From the IMG/VR virus record IMGVR_UViG_3300013119_000619: a stretch of DNA of 64,000 bases. One strand, given 5' to 3'. Of this stretch, positions 57,970 through 64,000 are shown in pieces; position 1 is the first letter of the stretch, and each line of letters begins with the position of its first letter. Source of the stretch: an uncultured virus (IMG/VR IMGVR_UViG_3300013119_000619) (lineage: Duplodnaviria > Heunggongvirae > Uroviricota > Caudoviricetes). Below the pieces are notes generated by a model. That model was not told the DNA's origin, searched no databases, and saw only the letters and a program-made list of their open reading frames with translations. The translations under genes and the position numbers were made by a program.

Positions 57970-60667
57970 AAGTCACATCACCTTCTTTTAATAATGTTGT
58001 ACCGTCTTTATGAGATTTATCAAGATATGAATCGCCCGAACACTGTATTGATATTGGATCTTTAACAATACCACATTTTTTATCAGGAAATACAAACGAA
58101 TTTAACCATAGATCATATGTGTCCCAACCAGTATTCTCAAACTTTTCAATAAAATATGATTTTTTATTTGTTGGTACTAGATAACAGTGTGCTTCTGACA
58201 TTCTATCTGTAACTCCAAAATCTTCATATTCATCATAATGCCAATCAGGTATGCGTTTACCAAATGACATGTAATTCAAATCATTATACATTAAATCATC
58301 ATAACTGTCAATAATAATTTTGAATACTTCTTCTGGAGGTTTAATAAATATTGCATCACACTCACAAAACAAAATAGCATCATAATCATCAGTCATGTGT
58401 TCTTCAAATACTCTACGATGAGCCATATAATTACCATAATGGGCACCAGTCAATTTATAATCACCAGGCTCCATTTGAACAACATCAGGTCTAGCACAAG
58501 TATCTACAGGTGGTAAGTCAGTAAATCTTTTATTCATAGATTGTTCATAAACCCAACCAGAGACATTTAATAATTCTGTTATATGTTTTATACTCTCAAT
58601 TTCTCTTGATCCTTCAGTGGTACATAACATGTGAACTACTTTGATCTTTGGATATCTTTTTGCCCATAACTGTCCTAAACCGTTCTCGTCTGGTTGAGAA
58701 CTTTTGATATGTTCACGCTCAACATCAAAACCTAAATTTGTTAGTCTGTTTTCAAGTTCTTGACATCGGTGGTAATGATCATCTAAATTACCCGAATTAT
58801 TAAATTGGTGTAACTCGGCACTAATTTTTCTTACTTTATGTTTTAAAAAATCGTCTGATATGGTCGGAAATATATCCCACTCAGCACCTTCACAATCTAA
58901 TTTTATTGCATCTATTCTATTTACGTTATTGTTTTGTATGAAATGATTGAAACTCATCGTATTCACTTCAATCTTTTTAGTCTGTCCTAATGATGTTGGA
59001 TTTTCATTTTGAGTATTATAACTTTCATAAAACGAATTTGTACTACTAGGACCAACAAGCAAAAATTCTTTTTCACCAACATCGTTACTCAAAGCACAAT
59101 TATATTTTTTTACATTATCAAAGTTTTTTAAATTCTTAGAAATTATTTTATAATTTGTGTGTGAAGGTTCAAGCACATGAACTTCTTTTGCACCTTTATC
59201 CAAAGCATATAATGAAAAGAACCCATAATGGCCTCCAACATCTAATACAACATCATCTTTTCGTATATCAAGTTTTTTGTAAACTTTTGAAATAAAAACT
59301 TCATTCATAGTAAACCAAGATGATGGATCATCATCAATACCCACAACATCTATTTCTTGTCCATTTACAGTTACGCTTGGTATATCACGATTGAATGAGA
59401 AACTTTTTTCATATAACAGATGATGTTTGTCTATTCTATTGAAATTTAAATCTCTTAAATTTGAAAAATAACTCTCCTTCGCATCAAAAATTTTTACAGT
59501 AAAACCGTCTACGAGACTTGCCAGAGGACTTGGTGTACAAAACATGTTTTGCACCATAACCTTACTTCTCATCACACAAAGTTTCGTTCTTTTATCGTAA
59601 ATACAGATCAATTTATTATGCAAAGCATTAAATGCCTTTTCTGAAAAATTGAAATTTATTTTTACCTGCTTTGATATATCGCCCTCAAAATCAGTATAGC
59701 AATTCACATCTCCTTCGGTTAGACCTAACGCATGTTTAATTTTTAGAAAGTTGAGTTTGGTATCAATTGACAAATAAGTTGCTTTTTTGTCATATTTGTC
59801 CATATAAGAATCTGTTTTATGCATTAGTATTGGAATGTTCCAACTAACCGCCTCCTTTAAAACAAGAGGATTTGTCTCTTTATCACCTTCATGACCTCTT
59901 GAAGGAAATAAAAATAAATCCATACAGGAATAAAAATTCTCAACGTCTTTACGCTCGCCCCAAATAATACAATTCTGAGGTTTATTATTCATCAATGGTT
60001 CCCAATAATCTTTAAAGTTTGGTGCCTGATTACCTAAAAAATGAAATTGTATTTTTTCATTCTCAAGTTGTCTTGCATATTCAAATATTTCACCTTGATT
60101 TTTTCTTGATGTAAAAAGACCAACATGTAATACGTGTTTAAAATTAGGATCTAAACCTAGTGTTCTCAAACCCTGATCTCTATCGTTTCTCTTATAGTTG
60201 TATTCAGGATACTCTATAACACATGCTGGTATATCAACTGATCTAAATTTAATGAGTTGATTATCACTGCAAAATAAAAATTTGTCTGGAAAAAATCTTT
60301 TATTTCCTGGTTCAAAAGATGAATCATGAGAGGTCTCAAAAATTTTATATTTTCTATTTGGATGATATATTAAATGTGTTAACTCATCTGATATACTAAA
60401 CAACTCAGGCATTTCTTCAAAATGTATGATATCAGGTTTTATATTTTTTATATGAGACATTATCTCATATTTGTCATCACCTAAAGTTATCAATGGTTTT
60501 TTGAGAAGTTCTATGATTTGATCTTTTTGTATTCTGAATATTCCAAAATCTTGGAATTCAATTACATGAACATCATATTCGTCTATTAATAATTCTAATT
60601 TTCTAAGTAGATATTGGGGAGCCCCACCTGTAGATAAATGGGGTGTCACATATAGAAGTTTTTGCAT
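57959..60667 (-). CDS. GT4 glycosyltransferase + FkbM-family methyltransferase + GT25-like domain fusion
   Basis: HLSTGGAPQY, VGLFTSRKNQ, ETNPLVLKEA (GT-B); LDVGGHYG..LEP..KLDCEGAE (FkbM); HYGNYMAH...ILFCECD (GT25-like). Confidence 0.85.
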   Translation of the reverse strand: MQKLLYVTPHLSTGGAPQYLLRKLELLIDEYDVHVIEFQDFGIFRIQKDQIIELLKKPLITLGDDKYEIMSHIKNIKPDIIHFEEMPELFSISDELTHLIYHPNRKYKIFETSHDSSFEPGNKRFFPDKFLFCSDNQLIKFRSVDIPACVIEYPEYNYKRNDRDQGLRTLGLDPNFKHVLHVGLFTSRKNQGEIFEYARQLENEKIQFHFLGNQAPNFKDYWEPLMNNKPQNCIIWGERKDVENFYSCMDLFLFPSRGHEGDKETNPLVLKEAVSWNIPILMHKTDSYMDKYDKKATYLSIDTKLNFLKIKHALGLTEGDVNCYTDFEGDISKQVKINFNFSEKAFNALHNKLICIYDKRTKLCVMRSKVMVQNMFCTPSPLASLVDGFTVKIFDAKESYFSNLRDLNFNRIDKHHLLYEKSFSFNRDIPSVTVNGQEIDVVGIDDDPSSWFTMNEVFISKVYKKLDIRKDDVVLDVGGHYGFFSLYALDKGAKEVHVLEPSHTNYKIISKNLKNFDNVKKYNCALSNDVGEKEFLLVGPSSTNSFYESYNTQNENPTSLGQTKKIEVNTMSFNHFIQNNNVNRIDAIKLDCEGAEWDIFPTISDDFLKHKVRKISAELHQFNNSGNLDDHYHRCQELENRLTNLGFDVEREHIKSSQPDENGLGQLWAKRYPKIKVVHMLCTTEGSREIESIKHITELLNVSGWVYEQSMNKRFTDLPPVDTCARPDVVQMEPGDYKLTGAHYGNYMAHRRVFEEHMTDDYDAILFCECDAIFIKPPEEVFKIIIDSYDDLMYNDLNYMSFGKRIPDWHYDEYEDFGVTDRMSEAHCYLVPTNKKSYFIEKFENTGWDTYDLWLNSFVFPDKKCGIVKDPISIQCSGDSYLDKSHKDGTTLLKEGDVTYEL

Positions 60668-60733
60668 AATTTTAAATTTTGTATGTTATTGGTTGTTTCT
60701 GTTCCCAGGCACAACCAGAAAAGCCCGTAGCAA

Positions 60734-60781
60734 TTAAGCGGCTAAAGCCACTTGTGCTGAGGTATAATCGTTATTGTTTGC
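60734..60781 (-). other. tmRNA tag reading frame (A)ANNNDYTSAQVALAA*
   Basis: GCA AAC AAT AAC GAT TAT ACC TCA GCA CAA GTG GCT TTA GCC GCT TAA; C-terminal LAA is the ClpXP-type degron. Confidence 0.93.
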
Positions 60782-60785
60782 GATT

Positions 60786-60814
60786 ATTATAGCAGACATT
60801 TTTACATCTGTCAA
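60786..60814 (-). promoter_or_regulatory. Perfect sigma70 consensus promoter inside the tmRNA coding piece
   Basis: TTGACA (60809-60814) - 17 nt - TATAAT (60786-60791), with extended -10 TG. Confidence 0.7.
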
Positions 60815-60866
60815 GTGATGTGTCTCCTCTGCATAGTCACAGTCAGTCGAATCCGAACACCCCCAA

Positions 60867-60959
60867 TTAAATAAGCAGAAAAACTTCTAATAAATAATAA
60901 AAACCTAATATAAGTGTTAATATAAATACCCAAAGGAACACATTGCTTGAATCATTCAT
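60867..60959 (-). CDS. Possible 30-aa membrane peptide inside tmRNA intervening segment
   Basis: MNDSSNVFLWVFILTLILGFYYLLEVFLLI*; fills 93 of 105 nt; only a weak GAG RBS. Confidence 0.35.
   Translation of the reverse strand: MNDSSNVFLWVFILTLILGFYYLLEVFLLI
60921..60928 (+). promoter_or_regulatory. Late promoter TATAAATA (plus strand) within tmRNA intervening segment
   Basis: Exact consensus facing the 61063 gene. Confidence 0.55.
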
Positions 60960-61034
60960 GTGATCTCGTTGGTGGAGGTGGTGGGAATTGAACCCACGTC
61001 CTGTTCTGATATTCTGCAGAATCATTGACATATA

Positions 61035-61042
61035 TATTTATA
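61035..61042 (-). promoter_or_regulatory. Late promoter TATAAATA driving the tmRNA gene
   Basis: Exact consensus just upstream of the acceptor piece. Confidence 0.8.
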
Positions 61043-61062
61043 CAACCTTTTTATGGATTATA

Positions 61063-62820
61063 ATGACAGTATCTTATACAAATACGGACGCCACAAGTAG
61101 AATGCTCAAAGCTATGAGCAACGGTTTAAAAAGAATGACTGATAGTGAATTAGAAGTTGTTGCCCATAAACTTCAAGAATGGTTCACTTTGAAACTTACT
61201 ACTGCTGATTTTCGAAGTTGGCACTCTTCTTGGGTGGGATATTATTCTAATGCACCTTATGGTGCACTTATAATGTCCACATTAAATAGAGGTGTTACAT
61301 CGAGTGTTCAGTCTTTTCAGGTGACTGATACAAGATATAACGCTACGACAACATCCAAAACACAGAATGCATGGGATAATTATGGAGATGATGATGATAC
61401 CTTTGATGATCCTGCTGACATTTCAATAGTAAATCAACAACATTATTACCTATCACAACGTCATTATGCGAGTTATACTACATCTACTCCTGGATTTTCT
61501 GGTCAAACATTAACAACTAATGGTGATTATTACAACACCATAAGAGGTTGGAACGGTACTGATAGCGTTTCTGTGAATGCTTGGTCACCAGCAGAAATGA
61601 TAAGAGACTATGGGCATTTAACCGCAACTACTGATGGTACGGTTAAGATAGAAAAAGACGTACAAAAAATATATGAAGCAATCTTTAAATATGTAAATGC
61701 TAGAATTAGGAGCACGGATAATGATAAAAATTTTGGTCAATATAAAATAGCGACAAGTTGGCCAGGAAATGGATGGTATCCTGTAAGAGAGGTAATGGGA
61801 CAAGAACAAACTTATTATTATTATGCGTTTTCAGATGTCGTGAGTACAGTTGACGGTCATAATCATTTTTATGATTTAAGTGCATACTCAACCAGATATA
61901 TTTGGAACCTTTGGATAAAAAATATAACTAGGAATTCTGCTAACGTATATGGAGATTTTGTTAAATTTTCAGGAGACGGTTTTGGTGATAGTACCTCGGC
62001 AAGACCTACCAGATTATCCAGATGGAAAATTACTGCACATTCGGGCTCAGCATTAGAAGGAACTAATAGTGGTGACGTAAGAGAATATTTTGCTACTGGT
62101 GATTATAATGGTATTGGAAAATATTTTTATTTTAAACCTGCCCACGCAAATGGAGGTTCAATATACGTTTCTTCTAATTATAACAATTCGAGTCCAAGCG
62201 CCTCATCTTTTGAAGGTAGTGCTAGAACTGTAAATGTATTGACACCTGATGAAGTAACAGATAGATGGCAATATCAAACTCGTAATGCCACACTAGCACC
62301 TAGTGGTAATTCAGCAGATGGACATATTTATCTTTATGCAAATCAAAAATATACGGCAACGTCAAGTTTTAATACAAACACTGTTTATAAATGTGAAAGA
62401 ATGAACCGATTGATCGAGATGGAGTTACCTTATTTAGAGGATTATGATAATAGATGGAATTGGAATGTCTATTACGGCACCACATCTTATGAGGATGGTG
62501 CAGTATTAGGAAGGAGAAGAGATCACTATCTAAAAAACTATATTCAAAATGTACTATATAGATTATACACTTTAGGTAGATATTATCCGATTTATAGTTT
62601 AGCCACATCAGTAGGTTCTTCTCAATTTGATCATGGAATATTTTCCAATTCAGTCAGAGGAGGCACAAACGTTACGAATAAAGTTTTTGGTCCTGGTCTG
62701 TATTTTGAGGATTGGTTTGCACCTGATACATCAGGAACCTATTATAAAGTCAGAGGTGCAGGGGCCGCCAGTGGTTATGTAACAGATACTTATTACCTAG
62801 TCTCAGACGTAGATATATAA
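61063..62820 (+). CDS. Probable virion structural protein (start corrected to 61063, 585 aa)
   Basis: GGA RBS-like before ATG 61063; S/T/Y/G-rich; LKRMTDSEL motif shared with the ORF at 63635. Confidence 0.75.
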   Translation: MTVSYTNTDATSRMLKAMSNGLKRMTDSELEVVAHKLQEWFTLKLTTADFRSWHSSWVGYYSNAPYGALIMSTLNRGVTSSVQSFQVTDTRYNATTTSKTQNAWDNYGDDDDTFDDPADISIVNQQHYYLSQRHYASYTTSTPGFSGQTLTTNGDYYNTIRGWNGTDSVSVNAWSPAEMIRDYGHLTATTDGTVKIEKDVQKIYEAIFKYVNARIRSTDNDKNFGQYKIATSWPGNGWYPVREVMGQEQTYYYYAFSDVVSTVDGHNHFYDLSAYSTRYIWNLWIKNITRNSANVYGDFVKFSGDGFGDSTSARPTRLSRWKITAHSGSALEGTNSGDVREYFATGDYNGIGKYFYFKPAHANGGSIYVSSNYNNSSPSASSFEGSARTVNVLTPDEVTDRWQYQTRNATLAPSGNSADGHIYLYANQKYTATSSFNTNTVYKCERMNRLIEMELPYLEDYDNRWNWNVYYGTTSYEDGAVLGRRRDHYLKNYIQNVLYRLYTLGRYYPIYSLATSVGSSQFDHGIFSNSVRGGTNVTNKVFGPGLYFEDWFAPDTSGTYYKVRGAGAASGYVTDTYYLVSDVDI

Positions 62821-62830
62821 AAAAGGATTT

Positions 62831-63631
62831 ATGGAAACAGAACAAACTACAAATATTAATGATGGTCAAGCATCCACTGATGATCCATCAAAACTTGATC
62901 AGACTGAACAAATTAAAGTATTAAATGAGGTATTAGGTTATGAATATGATGCCTCAGCAGTTGGTAACTTAATAAATGATAATGAATATGCAGACCCTAA
63001 CAATACAGAATTTGTATGGCCAAAGGATTATATAAGAATAAACACGGCTAGATGGGCTGATTCCGTATTAGGACCAAATGCGCCCGATCCAATGATACAT
63101 TTAGAATCGTTTAATGGAACACAATTACATTTAGACCTTATTCAGTATAGAAATTCAAAAGAAGCATATGAGAATGATAATATTCACATTTCACCAATAA
63201 CAGAAGCCTTTCTAAAATCCCCTTTTAATGATGTAGAAATGATTAGTAGAGAGACAGAACGATTTTTGGTTAAATTAGATGAAGAGAATAAAAGATACGA
63301 TGCTTTCAAAAAACATTATGATCCTGAAGAACAAAGACTTTTTGAAGAATGGAAAATGAATAAAGATCCCGATGAAGAAGTTGAAGATAATTCAAATTTC
63401 AATCAAGAAAATGAAAATGTTGAACCAAGGAGTGTTTGGGAACTTCTTTCAGAAGCAACTACCGAAGATTTATTTAAATTTAAATTAGATATTTTTGAAC
63501 AAGAAGTGGTGCAAGAATCTGAAAACAGAGAATTAAGATCCAAAATAAGAAAATCAAAATCTATTTGTGAAGTGTGTGCGACCTATCAAACCCTTCTCGA
63601 TAATGAACCGAATAAAATTAATGAAGAATAA
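62831..63631 (+). CDS. Hypothetical acidic protein
   Basis: AAGGA RBS; C-terminal EDLFKFKLDIFEQEVVQES...KIRKSKS block. Confidence 0.8.
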   Translation: METEQTTNINDGQASTDDPSKLDQTEQIKVLNEVLGYEYDASAVGNLINDNEYADPNNTEFVWPKDYIRINTARWADSVLGPNAPDPMIHLESFNGTQLHLDLIQYRNSKEAYENDNIHISPITEAFLKSPFNDVEMISRETERFLVKLDEENKRYDAFKKHYDPEEQRLFEEWKMNKDPDEEVEDNSNFNQENENVEPRSVWELLSEATTEDLFKFKLDIFEQEVVQESENRELRSKIRKSKSICEVCATYQTLLDNEPNKINEE

Positions 63632-63634
63632 AAA

Positions 63635-64000
63635 ATGGCAGTAAATAGACCGATAAGATGGGATTCATCAGGTTATCTTAAAGAAATGTCGGATAGTGAT
63701 CTTGAATTATTATCTTATCATTTACGTAAAGCATGGGCATCCGATTTATCCGCTACTTATACAGGTACCGCCGACAGAGATGGTTCAGCCACTTCAACTA
63801 ATGGTTTTGGTGCAATGTATAGAGCAGGTAGTGGATCAGCATCTAGTGCAGATTATAATTATATCCAAACTCTTACAGATAAAAGAAAAAATGCAGTTTA
63901 TACGTCTAAATCAAATAATGCTCATGATAATTATGGAGATGATGATGATACTTTTACTGGTCCTACAGAGGCGGATTTCGATACATCAGAATCCGTCAGA
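63635..64000 (+). CDS. Probable virion structural protein, paralog of 61063 gene (3'-truncated)
   Basis: MAVNRPIRWDSSGYLKEMSDSDLELLSYHL...DNYGDDDDTF..., open to the window end. Confidence 0.8.
   Translation, partial: MAVNRPIRWDSSGYLKEMSDSDLELLSYHLRKAWASDLSATYTGTADRDGSATSTNGFGAMYRAGSGSASSADYNYIQTLTDKRKNAVYTSKSNNAHDNYGDDDDTFTGPTEADFDTSESVR

Larger units (their letters stand above)
60689..61029 (-). ncRNA. ssrA: Circularly permuted (two-piece) tmRNA gene: acceptor piece ~61029-60970, intervening segment 60969-60865, coding piece 60864-~60689
   Basis: Acceptor piece ends GGACGTGGGTTCAATTCCCACCACCTCCACCA. Coding piece starts GGGGGTGTTCGGATTCGAC. Acceptor stem GGGGGUG/CACCUCC has G3:U70. Helix 2 TGCAGA/TCTGCA pairs the two pieces. 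PK1 ACATC/GATGT + GACA/TGTC. Resume context AATAATC-GCA. Outer ends approximate. Confidence 0.95.

Noticed and set aside
60970..61020. Stand-alone tRNA or integration (att) remnant
   Set aside because: No anticodon arm; it pairs with the downstream GGGGGTG piece and tag frame, so it is the tmRNA acceptor piece. No integrase nearby.
60988..61062. ORF-track N-terminal extension of the 610-aa ORF
   Set aside because: The TTG start lies antisense to the tmRNA T-arm; ATG 61063 has an RBS-like GGA and matches the paralog's start region.
61025..61064. Plus-strand sigma70 promoter TTGACA...TATAAT
   Set aside because: Spacer is 28 nt, far from 17.
1..64000. Stop-codon reassignment
   Set aside because: Conserved genes are full length in code 11 and end in TAA, TAG (gp20, gp33) and TGA (gp5, gp15, gp16).

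Overview
AT-rich 64-kb piece of a large T4-like myovirus genome (gene content resembles marine T4-like phages; host not determinable from this window). It carries most of the virion morphogenesis region: portal gp20, tail tube gp19, sheath gp18, terminase gp17/gp16, gp15/14/13, a fibre, a VrlC-like protein, wedge gp8/7/6, gp25, spike gp5, hub, gp53, two gp48-like genes, gp4, gp2, gp54, gp26/gp51 and the tape measure. These are followed by gp32-gp59-gp33. Most notable observations: (1) a circularly permuted two-piece tmRNA gene (60689-61029, minus; tag ANNNDYTSAQVALAA) behind a T4 late promoter. It contains a perfect sigma70 promoter in its coding piece, plus a 30-codon hydrophobic ORF and an opposing late promoter in its intervening segment. 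(2) A multi-domain glycosyltransferase operon ending in a TibC/Aah-type iron-finger protein O-heptosyltransferase domain, in a genome whose virion proteins carry Gly-Ser-Ala repeats and many Asn-X-Ser/Thr and Ala-Asn motifs; this is a candidate phage virion-glycosylation system. (3) A canonical -1 slippery site (T TTT TTC) that would fuse gp26 to gp51 just before the tape measure, as in lambda G-T. (4) A perfect 98-bp in-frame repeat shared by two unrelated genes. (5) A recurring late-promoter-N5-ATG leaderless layout. All family assignments are by motif recognition and synteny; no searches were run.
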